A stretch of 64,000 nucleotides of DNA. Origin: Barthelona sp. PCE. Its lineage: Eukaryota. The translations under genes and the position numbers were made by a program. Under the pieces are notes generated by a model. It made no database searches and had not been told where the DNA came from. It saw only the letters and a program-made list of their open reading frames with translations. The first letter of the stretch is position 1, and every line of letters starts with the position of its first letter. Shown one piece after another: positions 30,977 through 40,495 of this stretch. The stretch spans positions 1,860,001 through 1,924,000 of the forward strand of contig JAUFOR010000008.1 in assembly GCA_040285745.1 (NCBI GenBank). The letters run 5' to 3'.

Positions 30977-33397
30977 TTACTTTCGTTGATCAAACATACT
31001 TTCCAATTGGCTGCGAACGAGATTCACTGGGAATTTAACGTCAAACACGGCATCGCCTTCACGTCCTGGCGGAGCGTTATCAACGATACTTGACAGCTTT
31101 TCTGTTACAAAATTCTCATAACTTGAACTGACAGATTTGCTAACAGAAAGACATATAGACTCTCGCAGCTCCTTTGATACGATAACCCCACGGTTACAGT
31201 TTAATAAAAAGGGTAGTTGTGAAGAAAAATCATGCAAATTACTGCGTGCAACTTTCAATGTATCCTTGAACAGTTTAACCCATTGTGAATACCTCTCTTT
31301 TGTTGATTGACTGGGCGAGATCTCGGCTGAAGGACTGCGCATCTGTTTTATGCCAAAAAGCAATGTACTCAACTCCAAATCAGTCATACTCCTCATCAAA
31401 GGACCTATCAACGTTTTAATAAACGCCTCCTTCTGCTTCTTGATTCTCTTCGCCAGCATACTGTCAAAAGATGGGCCAACTATACGTACTAGAGATTTTA
31501 AATTATCTCTCACATAACTCAGATTATTCAAAACGTAAACCTCCTGTAGTGCAAGTGAGTTGGGGACGTTCTGATACTCCTCGCTCTGTGTCTCAAGGTG
31601 CTTTAGAAGCCTCTCAACGAGCATCTCATGGATCAACCAAGCAAAGGGTGTGCGCTCAAGCGTAGGATCATAACTGGGTTCAACACTCACGTTCTCCTCC
31701 TGCTTTGCTGCCTCTTCAACCGCCTCGCTCTCGTTCTGAAATTGCTGGAACTGTTGCTGAATATTCTTCATATCAAGCTTCAAGCTCAATCTAACAGATA
31801 TACGACTATTTGCTACGTTGGAAGTATTGTTAACACTGGACACGTTCCTGTTATCATTCAGTGCTGCCACATTCGGCGGCGCAGGCAAATTTGATGGAAC
31901 AGTTAAGGGTCTTTTTTTGGGAAAATTGCTTGTGTATTTATCCAGGTTCGAAATACAGTCTGGAAATAATTTGAGAAGAACTCCATCAATGATCTTACGG
32001 TAATCCTTGCGAATGATAACGAGGAACTTGAGCACGTCAGTTGTTAATTGGTGCACTGTTGCATTGACAGGAAGGTGCTGACTAAATTGTGTCGTGAACA
32101 TTGTGTTAAAAAGATGTTGGAAACATGTAAACGAATGTTGGCTAAGGGTATTAACGATCATCTTAACGTCATGGTCCATAGTGGAACTGATGGCACTCAA
32201 ATTATTTAGCACATTCTGCAGTTGAAACATGCACTGCTCAAAGTCCAAACACTGAAAGATATTCTTCATCATCGATAGGTGATCCCGGCTTACAGTTTTA
32301 TAAGCCTTGCTCATCTGATTGAGAACAGCCTTGAGATGGTCACTATACACAATACTCAAATGTTCGTTAATAAACTTCGACACATTAGAACCCAAGTCGT
32401 TTGGACTAATATTCCTGAAAAGGTTATGGAAAAGTAAACGCTCACCCTCATATAACATAATGACACCTTTGAAAAAACAAAGAAGAGAACTGGAATTACG
32501 TTTATGAAACTTACTTACACTCATTATCCTGGATACCTTTTGCTGTCGTTGAACATCTAACTCATATGTATTCATTAGTTTGTCGAACGTCTCATTGAAA
32601 CTATCAATACGAGCGTCGATAAACTCAGTGAACCATGATTTTTGTTTAGGATTATAGTAAATATCTGTGTTAATATTGTTTAATAACGGTTTGAGTGAGA
32701 AAAATAATTGAAAATTACGTCCTAGTCTTTGTTGTATACGATCACTAACTAGAGTAATGGGAAAAGCATTTATATCTCGATCTCTATTACTGATTATATC
32801 ATAAGTGTTATGTCTTACTGTGAGTACGGTGAACATCAATAAATAATAAAAACTACTCCAAATATTATCAACGATCGAAAAAAACTTAATCTGAATGTTA
32901 CGGTTAAACGGTCTGGATAATTGTCGATTTCTCATGAACTTATTCAGCTTTAGATAGTGTTCCACCTTCGAGATTAAAGAGTCAATGGACGTGCCTGATA
33001 TCTCGATTTGTGGGATGCGAATGCCATAGTTACGGTCGTTTAAATCTAAGAACGGAGAAGAACGAGTAAAATAATCAATTAACTCCAAAGCCTCGGTGAA
33101 CGATTGTTCGTGGTGCTCAATGTGCTTCAAAAGGTCCCTGTGCCTGTCGTTCTGGACAGATACATTGTCAAAACTACGCTTCAGAGAACTAAGATGTGAT
33201 TTGATGTTAATAATCTTCTCTTGATATGTATTAAGATGTTCGAGGACTGTACGTGAGCTCTCTTGCAATTTTTTGATGCCTAGTTCCGTCTCATGTGTTC
33301 TGGCAAAAAAAACTGTAATATGCTCGTTGAATGAGGTACCATGGGCCCGTTGTAAAGCAATGTAGTCATCGATAATCTGCGGTTTATCAATCTGCAT
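30977..33397 (-). CDS. EXO70: Exocyst subunit Exo70-like
   Basis: LPVNATVHQLTTDVLKFL (cf. PxDGTVHELT), ALQEVYVLNNLSYV, ELRESICLSV..YENF, terminal VKFP..LESMF. Confidence 0.85.
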   Translation of the reverse strand: MQIDKPQIIDDYIALQRAHGTSFNEHITVFFARTHETELGIKKLQESSRTVLEHLNTYQEKIINIKSHLSSLKRSFDNVSVQNDRHRDLLKHIEHHEQSFTEALELIDYFTRSSPFLDLNDRNYGIRIPQIEISGTSIDSLISKVEHYLKLNKFMRNRQLSRPFNRNIQIKFFSIVDNIWSSFYYLLMFTVLTVRHNTYDIISNRDRDINAFPITLVSDRIQQRLGRNFQLFFSLKPLLNNINTDIYYNPKQKSWFTEFIDARIDSFNETFDKLMNTYELDVQRQQKVSRIMSVSKFHKRNSSSLLCFFKGVIMLYEGERLLFHNLFRNISPNDLGSNVSKFINEHLSIVYSDHLKAVLNQMSKAYKTVSRDHLSMMKNIFQCLDFEQCMFQLQNVLNNLSAISSTMDHDVKMIVNTLSQHSFTCFQHLFNTMFTTQFSQHLPVNATVHQLTTDVLKFLVIIRKDYRKIIDGVLLKLFPDCISNLDKYTSNFPKKRPLTVPSNLPAPPNVAALNDNRNVSSVNNTSNVANSRISVRLSLKLDMKNIQQQFQQFQNESEAVEEAAKQEENVSVEPSYDPTLERTPFAWLIHEMLVERLLKHLETQSEEYQNVPNSLALQEVYVLNNLSYVRDNLKSLVRIVGPSFDSMLAKRIKKQKEAFIKTLIGPLMRSMTDLELSTLLFGIKQMRSPSAEISPSQSTKERYSQWVKLFKDTLKVARSNLHDFSSQLPFLLNCNRGVIVSKELRESICLSVSKSVSSSYENFVTEKLSSIVDNAPPGREGDAVFDVKFPVNLVRSQLESMFDQRK

Positions 33398-33672
33398 GCA
33401 AAAAAAGTGAAGTTACTTCAGATCTGTTTGAGAAAGTGAAGAAAAATGAAAACACTCTAACAGAACAGATAAAGTATGTCTTACCTCCAAAACATCGGAT
33501 TTCCTCCAAAAAAAGCCAATCAAAAGATAATAGAACAGGGTAAAAAGAAAACTGCAACCGATCCTCAAGATCCCAGATTGATGAACAATTAGAGAATGGA
33601 ACACGAAGCAGGGTTGAATTTGCTTAGTTCACTTATATCAAGGTTTCCTATTTTCTTTTGTATATTTTATAC

Positions 33673-33750
33673 CTATTTATTAGTATCGAGGGTCGGATTT
33701 GTGGACTTCCGCACACCAACCTCGGTGGTGACCCCTTCGTGGCACCATAC
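33673..33750 (-). other. Probable 78-nt GC-rich structured spliceosomal intron in an unannotated transcript
   Basis: GTATGG...TACTAAT-AAATAG matches the consensus and spacing of the other introns. Two internal hairpins. Host exons are not defined. Confidence 0.5.
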
Positions 33751-33933
33751 CCAAACTTAGATCTCTGTAAATCATCAAAGTTTCAGGCTTTACTACCGCT
33801 GCATATAAGGGAAGGAACTATGGTGAATCAAGGCATAAATCTTTTGTGTTCAACGCCAATACAACTATATCTACTCATCAAACTTGGTGTAAATCGACAA
33901 TAAAGAGCTATGACAACCTTGCTTTTCCATTCT

Positions 33934-34189
33934 ATTGACACAATAACACTGGTAGGAGGTTGTAAATTTACTTCGGAGTTAGACACTTGTACGGGAGTTG
34001 CGAGCTCCCTCGAGTGCTGTGCTTGCACTGAGAATTGTTCTAGAGCCCCCTTTTTTTTAAAAAAAAGGGGAGAAAGAAATGATGTAAGTACTCACAGAGT
34101 ACAAGAGGGAAGACCGCGTGTCTACTCCTCAGTAGATTTACTCCTACGAAATAGCGTGTTATTCACAAGCGTGCCAGAATCATGTCAAT
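33934..34189 (+). ncRNA. Unidentified highly structured RNA element (multi-branched foldback)
   Basis: At least six nested helices plus hairpins. Imperfect pairs are G-U on the + strand. No family motif recognised. Confidence 0.55.
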
Positions 34190-34392
34190 CTTTTTTTTAA
34201 GCTTTGAATAATCTAAATAAAAAGTTATTTCCGGCTGCATAATAGCCTTACAGACGTCATTCAAGTTGTTCAACCTGTCAACCAATAACTAAGCTTGTTT
34301 TCTCGTTTCCAAGTCTCTTTACGACCTGTTGACGTTTTTTTTCCACTTCAGCAAAACGTAAATAGCTCATAGTTATTTCTACACCATAATTT

Positions 34393-37300
34393 ATGGGTGC
34401 TTGCTTCAGTAGACCACTTGAATCACGAATTTCGAGTTTTTTATCTTCAGAAGATGTTCAGACTCGCTTACCGAGGCTCAGTTCGTTTCTAGTTCGAAAT
34501 ATTGATATCATACCGGCATTTCTACAGCAATTTACTCGGCAATTTTGTGATGTGGCCAATGATAGGAATTACAGTTCAGTTTTCAATGGTATTTGCTTAA
34601 TATCGACAGTAGCAGAGGAATTCTGCAAAGAATATGACGACAATGTTGTTGTTGCTCTCAATTTGTGTATATGTCGAGTTATTTCTTCATATTTCCAGGT
34701 GCTTCAGCTTGAATTGGCAGTCATGGAAAACACAATTCCTCCAAACCTTATCCGCTGCCAGAACGCAATGGTATCCCTGTTGAATAACGTTACGCGTTTA
34801 TCAACTTTCGAGTCGATCATAGACACTGTTCATGATGACCTTTGTATATTTCTTTCCATACCAGTCAAGTTTTCAAGCCAGTTGCAGCTCCCCAACATCT
34901 TATCAGTCACCAACAAGATTGTTGTTCGCCTCGCTAAGCATAATGTGATGGGACTTGCCTTCCGTCTGATTGAGGAGCTGTATGTTCGGGCGATTTTCTT
35001 CCGTAAGACGGATTTCAGATTCATTCGGCAAAATTTGTTGAAAGTGATAACAGCACTTCACATCGAGAAAAGCATGGCTATGTTAGAAGAGTATTATGAT
35101 ATTGTCATGCGTGGATTGGTCGACACCATTCAGTTGTCGGTACCACATGACTTCTCCTCCTTGTCGAAATTATTTGGAACTACAAATTTTCTGTTCAAGG
35201 ATAACCACCTCTTTGAATTATACAAGACGATGAACCCCAGTTACCCGGTGTTGGAGTTCTTGCTTCCACCTATTTTAACGGACTCTAATATGTTCTTTTG
35301 TCTCGTGTGTGAGAAGTCAGAACAATTTTTGAATTTTGCAGTTCGCTATCTCAACAATCCTGAGCTAGAGATGGACAACAAGCTGGAGTATTGTAAGGGA
35401 CGAATTTCGCAACTACTGCACGTAATGCATATGTTTTTGTTTGTCATTTTTCAATTTGGTAAGAATAACCATTTCCGTGATTTGTTTAAGGAGGTGATCC
35501 GTTGCGATAAGCTTAAGAAAAGAGCGCTAGAAAACATGGATGAGGATGACGTTAACTTCCCCAAAACACATGAAGGTATTGCTGAAATGTTTCAGCTAAA
35601 CTATATTTGGATCATCAAAATTTTCCTCAGTATTTTCGCTAATTTACATCGTTTTATCATGTGCATCCATAGTTTGGGACAGAAACGCAAGTTTGTGTTG
35701 CTCAAAAACTTTAGCTACTATTTCTTTTCGTTTATTGTTGTCATGTTTGCCAATACAAATTACGTTAGTTTTCTAGGCAAACAAATACTGCTTATGTATA
35801 GAAAAGAGAGGGATCCTAAGTTATTGTCAATCATTGAAGACATTCCATGTATTTTGTTCATTAGAGATTTTGAGTTCAACGAAGTTTTATTACCTCTAAT
35901 AGCTAACTATGGACCAAAAGATGTTAACCTTATCTTTTTCATATACTCTTTTCTTGGCACATCACTCAAAGAAATTCCTTTTGAAAACCTAATGGAAAAT
36001 TTACATGCTTTTGATGATGGAGGATTTTATTCACAATTTTTTGAAAATTGTCCTCATTTTAATGTCCCAGGTTTGCTGTTTCGCTTTTGTTTCAGTACAC
36101 ATGGTCAAATTTCATTACTTCATTATCTTTCCAACTCATTAAACATTGATAAGTACGGGTCATTCACTTCACGTTTGATAAAGTATGATATTATCTACCT
36201 TCGTAATGTACGAGATTTTCTTTTCGTCAGTACTGAAATCCCATTATCAGTAATGCGAAAGATGAGCGTCGAATTCGGAGATATACTTGATCAGATCCTT
36301 AAAGACTTACTAAACGAATTACCTACTCGTATCACCATCAGTAACTATGCACACTCAATATATGCCATATGCTCTTTGTTTTCCTTTTTATATATGTTGC
36401 AGACCACACCCAACAGTAAGGTTTTAAAGCAATACATATTTGATACCAAACCCTATTACAGGACCATCGCATTGTCTATGTTTTTTGACTGTTGCGTATC
36501 GACTCCTGCTCAGATGCTCCCCAACCTTCCTTCTGTTATCAGTAATGGACTAATCAGATACAATTTAGACCGATATGATCCTCTCTGGGTTGAGCTCTTC
36601 TTCCAGAAGCCCCTAGCCAACACCCATCAGGTTTCAATATTGGCAAAAGAAAATAATCTTAGTTCAACGCAATTAAAAGCTTTTTTTAAAAAAATTCGTT
36701 CAGAGTACATGAACCAGGAATTCAGACATCATATTGATGGTGATCTCCTCGAGGTGCGTGCGTACATCAAGTCTCAGGAGTTCTCACGAAGGATGAACCA
36801 GAAGAGCTGCAAAAAAGAAGTTTTAATCAGAGAGCTTAATGTTGTATTCCCAACATTACGCTATGATAGGCAGATTAAACCCAACACCCGCCTCGTGAAT
36901 GTCCCAGTGCGCACTGAGAACGTTGTACCGAATAATATCAACGAAAACTGGAAACTAGAGCTATCGACTAAGTTCTTGTTCCTTGGACATAACAGTGACT
37001 TAGACATATGGAGCTCGGACGACGATGCGTCTATGGGATATTTTACTCCAGATATGTTAGATCATTTCAATCTTAAAAATTCACAAAAAAAAATCCTCCA
37101 TTTCATTAGAAACAATGTAACTGAGCGCCGACTGATACAAGAAGCGCATATGTACCACCTGCATGTTGAGCAGGAGCGTCTACAAAGTGTTTCACCGGAA
37201 GAAATTCGGCGCCAGATCGATGAATTATTTGTAATGAGCATTGAATCAATGAATATTGATACGCTGGACGATGATATATTCACTGAAACTTCCGAGAGAG

Positions 37301-37473
37301 AGACAACAAATGGTCCTTCATCCGGAATTTCTTCACTATCTCGTTTATCCTCAAATACAGGTTCAGAAGCATCGTCGTACTGGTTCCTAGGGTTCAAAAA
37401 CAACGTTCAACAGCTGGTTGGTGTCATGGATGTTGTAGGATTCACCTCAATTGTCGAAGAAGAATCCTGTTAG
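34393..37473 (+). CDS. EFR3-like armadillo-repeat protein
   Basis: MGACFSRP lipidation-type N-terminus followed by ..RLPRLSSFLVRNIDIIPAF, resembling the EFR3 N-terminus. Long helical ORF. Confidence 0.5.
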   Translation: MGACFSRPLESRISSFLSSEDVQTRLPRLSSFLVRNIDIIPAFLQQFTRQFCDVANDRNYSSVFNGICLISTVAEEFCKEYDDNVVVALNLCICRVISSYFQVLQLELAVMENTIPPNLIRCQNAMVSLLNNVTRLSTFESIIDTVHDDLCIFLSIPVKFSSQLQLPNILSVTNKIVVRLAKHNVMGLAFRLIEELYVRAIFFRKTDFRFIRQNLLKVITALHIEKSMAMLEEYYDIVMRGLVDTIQLSVPHDFSSLSKLFGTTNFLFKDNHLFELYKTMNPSYPVLEFLLPPILTDSNMFFCLVCEKSEQFLNFAVRYLNNPELEMDNKLEYCKGRISQLLHVMHMFLFVIFQFGKNNHFRDLFKEVIRCDKLKKRALENMDEDDVNFPKTHEGIAEMFQLNYIWIIKIFLSIFANLHRFIMCIHSLGQKRKFVLLKNFSYYFFSFIVVMFANTNYVSFLGKQILLMYRKERDPKLLSIIEDIPCILFIRDFEFNEVLLPLIANYGPKDVNLIFFIYSFLGTSLKEIPFENLMENLHAFDDGGFYSQFFENCPHFNVPGLLFRFCFSTHGQISLLHYLSNSLNIDKYGSFTSRLIKYDIIYLRNVRDFLFVSTEIPLSVMRKMSVEFGDILDQILKDLLNELPTRITISNYAHSIYAICSLFSFLYMLQTTPNSKVLKQYIFDTKPYYRTIALSMFFDCCVSTPAQMLPNLPSVISNGLIRYNLDRYDPLWVELFFQKPLANTHQVSILAKENNLSSTQLKAFFKKIRSEYMNQEFRHHIDGDLLEVRAYIKSQEFSRRMNQKSCKKEVLIRELNVVFPTLRYDRQIKPNTRLVNVPVRTENVVPNNINENWKLELSTKFLFLGHNSDLDIWSSDDDASMGYFTPDMLDHFNLKNSQKKILHFIRNNVTERRLIQEAHMYHLHVEQERLQSVSPEEIRRQIDELFVMSIESMNIDTLDDDIFTETSERETTNGPSSGISSLSRLSSNTGSEASSYWFLGFKNNVQQLVGVMDVVGFTSIVEEESC

Positions 37474-37508
37474 TGTGATCATTTATTTAATTTAAATCAT
37501 TTTTAATC

Positions 37509-40265
37509 TTACTCTCTTGTAAATTGTTTTAAGTGTGCAAAGGTTCGCTTTTGAAGGCCTGGAGGCGCTTGTCTTGATGGCTGCACCTGCTGTACTAATG
37601 GAGCTGTCTGTCTTTGTGAATCGTTTCTTCTTGGCATTTCATTTCTTCTAGGTGCATCATTTCTTCTAGGTGGATCATTTCTTCTTGGCACTTCAATAGG
37701 TGTGAGCGGAGACGGTAGATCCACTGTGCGTGGGTAACATGTTGAGAAAACATCAAGATACTGACGAGAAAAATCATACAGCGTCATGAAAAGGTTTGGG
37801 TAAAGCAGCGACCAAAATCTGAAATGATACTCATCTTCTGGCAGTACCTTCTCCTCCATCTCCTCGTAAAACTCCTCCTTGTGTGCGTTCTTGTTGCGAA
37901 TCAGCCGCACCAGGTCACGAACAAGGCAGAAGTCGTAGCGAACATTTGAATTTTCACAGATTTTTCCAATTAGCTTAGGAATCGGTTCCGACCAGTTAAG
38001 AGTGCTTGCACGCTTTGACTTGTTTCTCATGATGATTCCCTGTGTTCTGCTGTAGTATTCAAGACTATTAAGCAGATTGAAATCCTCATTTCGTCGCATG
38101 TTCATAAGAATATCCGAAAATTGGGTGATAAAATTCATACATTGAGCGTATGACCAAAAAAGAGGGTGGTTACGAGCAAATGTAAGGTCACTCCTGAGAT
38201 TCGGCTTGGGGTGAGTTAAGTTAAACACAAGGTGGACCGCCATCTGACCTTTTCCGCTCTCCTGATAAAACTTGCTTGTGAGGAGAGAGTTGAACTGTCG
38301 CTCGTTATTCAAGATACGACTTTGACGGCGGGATATCGCGGTTCCATACAAGTGATCACCGCCAGTAAGCATGTAATACACTAATAAACCGAAGGAGTAC
38401 ACATCGACCTTGTAGTTCAGGGCAACGCTCTTATCGAGTTCTCCGGCCTGGCTCAGCAGGATCTCACGTGCGCGCCATCCCTGTGAGCCAACGCTGTTTG
38501 TCTCAAACGAATCTTCCTCTAAGCACTTTGCGACGCCCATGTCGCTCAGTTTGGCAATGCTCCCTCCATCAAAAAGTAGTATGTTCTGCGGCTTAATATC
38601 ACGGTGAACTATATGCAGCTGGTGGAGGAAGTGGAGGCCTCTCATAATGTGCTGGATCCATTGGAGCACCTGACTCATGCTGATGATTGACTTCCGATGT
38701 ATGAATATTGAAGAAATGGGTGCACCTGCCCTGTTGAAGAGGCTGCGCTCGTCCCTGAGCACCAATATCTCATCTGGTGAGGCTGTGCTACTCGCAACAA
38801 GTTCCAAACGCTGTTCAACGCTCATAAGACCAAGATCAGGCAGCAAATTATCGAGTGAGTGATTTGCGCGCTCGAGAACAAGGTATATCAGACCCTCGCG
38901 CTCGCGGTGTCCAAAATATCGCACAATATTAGGATGTTCGTCCGCTTTGATAAGGATATTCGTCTCCTCATCATTGAATGTATGTGAGCTCATACGCTTG
39001 ATGGCTACCTCACGCTCTCCCATCTTGCCGCCAAAAACGACTGTACCAAGAGAGCCAACTCCAATCTTGTCCTTGAGGTCGAGTGTAAAGAATCCAAAAT
39101 CTTTGGTATCTGCATCAAGAACGACGGCAGGTTTTGATTGTGGGAGCAAGTTTCGCAATGAGTTCGCCTTTGCGATGATCTTGTTCATCGATACCATCGT
39201 CGATAAAGCAACAACGACGATGCTGATAATTAGACCAAGAACAACAGCGACAATAATATGCATGGTCCACGAAGGTCCGCTGCTCGGTTTGAAGGGCTCT
39301 GTTGGCTTGAAGGGCTCTGTGGGATGGTTGGGTTTGTTTGTATCTCCCGAGAGAACTACAGAAAATATATTGGGGTCAACTAGTTTCAACGTCTCGCCTG
39401 CAAAACCAGATTCTGGGGCTGGGGCGAGTACACGGCTACCGTCTTCGGCCCGAATCACCTGCAACATGGCGTAGTTGTCCTCGTCGTAGCAGAGATCGAC
39501 CATACTGACCGTCGGTCCTTGCAATACTGAGTTGACATTGGAGAAGTATATACTGGCGACTGGAAGCGATTTAAAGTCCACCTTCCACACTGGCTTGCCG
39601 AAAACACTGAGCAGGGCCATAGACCCGTTGTTGTAAATTCTTAAATTCCGCACGGCGTTTGAGTATGTATTTGTGTTGATACCAGGTGACGAAATGTGAA
39701 AAAGCTCTGAAGCCCAGTTGGGGGCGGCAGAAGCTGTTTCCCAAGCCTCAACTGTGATCTCTGAAATGGTGAGGAGCATCGCGCTTGATGAGATTGCATT
39801 TTCTGGAGTAAGGTTGAGTAGGGTTTCTTCAACACGCCCAGTAAGCATATCCAGAATGAGGAACCCGTCTCTTTTGCGTGATGTTATGACAATGCCCTCC
39901 TCAGGTATTGAAATCGGAGTTTGGGTAGACATCTGCCATACGTCAGAACTCATGGCGTATACGCTATCTGAGTTGTACTTGAGGTACATAGTACCGTCTA
40001 CGCCTGCATATACTTGATCAGAAACATCGTAACTAGAGGCTGTGGAATTTTTGAGTCGTGTACTCCATACATAACGACCTGTGCCTGCTTCAAGCCCGTA
40101 TAGTGTGCCGTCAAGCGTGAGAACAATGAGCATTGGCCCAGAAAGACGACCTGGAACGAGAGTTCCAGAATCTGTGTCAATTGAATGACACTGTGCAGTT
40201 TGTGCAAACATAAGCACCACGCAACACAATAATGACACAAGAAAGATGTGCGAATACTTGTTCAT
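37509..40265 (-). CDS. IRE1: IRE1 serine/threonine kinase/endoribonuclease
   Basis: Signal peptide, luminal TLDGTLYGLEAGTGRYVW, TM, kinase GVGSLGTVVF/VAIKR/DEHPNIVRYF/HRDIKPQNILL/LSDMG, KEN domain HPLFWS..VRDLVRLIRNKNAH. Confidence 0.95.
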   Translation of the reverse strand: MNKYSHIFLVSLLCCVVLMFAQTAQCHSIDTDSGTLVPGRLSGPMLIVLTLDGTLYGLEAGTGRYVWSTRLKNSTASSYDVSDQVYAGVDGTMYLKYNSDSVYAMSSDVWQMSTQTPISIPEEGIVITSRKRDGFLILDMLTGRVEETLLNLTPENAISSSAMLLTISEITVEAWETASAAPNWASELFHISSPGINTNTYSNAVRNLRIYNNGSMALLSVFGKPVWKVDFKSLPVASIYFSNVNSVLQGPTVSMVDLCYDEDNYAMLQVIRAEDGSRVLAPAPESGFAGETLKLVDPNIFSVVLSGDTNKPNHPTEPFKPTEPFKPSSGPSWTMHIIVAVVLGLIISIVVVALSTMVSMNKIIAKANSLRNLLPQSKPAVVLDADTKDFGFFTLDLKDKIGVGSLGTVVFGGKMGEREVAIKRMSSHTFNDEETNILIKADEHPNIVRYFGHREREGLIYLVLERANHSLDNLLPDLGLMSVEQRLELVASSTASPDEILVLRDERSLFNRAGAPISSIFIHRKSIISMSQVLQWIQHIMRGLHFLHQLHIVHRDIKPQNILLFDGGSIAKLSDMGVAKCLEEDSFETNSVGSQGWRAREILLSQAGELDKSVALNYKVDVYSFGLLVYYMLTGGDHLYGTAISRRQSRILNNERQFNSLLTSKFYQESGKGQMAVHLVFNLTHPKPNLRSDLTFARNHPLFWSYAQCMNFITQFSDILMNMRRNEDFNLLNSLEYYSRTQGIIMRNKSKRASTLNWSEPIPKLIGKICENSNVRYDFCLVRDLVRLIRNKNAHKEEFYEEMEEKVLPEDEYHFRFWSLLYPNLFMTLYDFSRQYLDVFSTCYPRTVDLPSPLTPIEVPRRNDPPRRNDAPRRNEMPRRNDSQRQTAPLVQQVQPSRQAPPGLQKRTFAHLKQFTRE
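37620..37691 (-). repeat. Four imperfect 18-bp coding repeats (PRRN[D/E]x) in the IRE1 C-terminal tail
   Basis: PRRNDP PRRNDA PRRNEM PRRNDS. Confidence 0.85.
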
Positions 40266-40495
40266 GATGCGAATATGTAAGAAATCTTTTCTACAACCGC
40301 TTTCACAATTTTTCGCTTTCTCATCGTTGACATATTCTTAAAGTTATTGTTTTCAGTGTGATGGGGTCTTTGTTTCAAGTATGTTGTGGTTAATAGTTTC
40401 TTTTCCTTTTGTTTGTTTGTGGGTCTTTTTTGTATTTGATGAACGTTTATCAGGGCACACGTGACATTGATTGGGTCTGCTTGCCTTGCGTCTAT

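Noticed and set aside
33755-33780. ACAGAGA (U6-like) and TGATGA (box C) on the minus strand; ACCCAAAC (33749-56, plus strand) as a telomerase template
   Set aside because: No AGC triad/ISL after ACAGAGA, no downstream box D, and no knowledge of the telomere repeat. Short motifs alone are insufficient.
33934-34189. Assignment of the structured element to RNase P/MRP, SRP, U3 or hammerhead
   Set aside because: The required conserved motifs are missing or in the wrong order.
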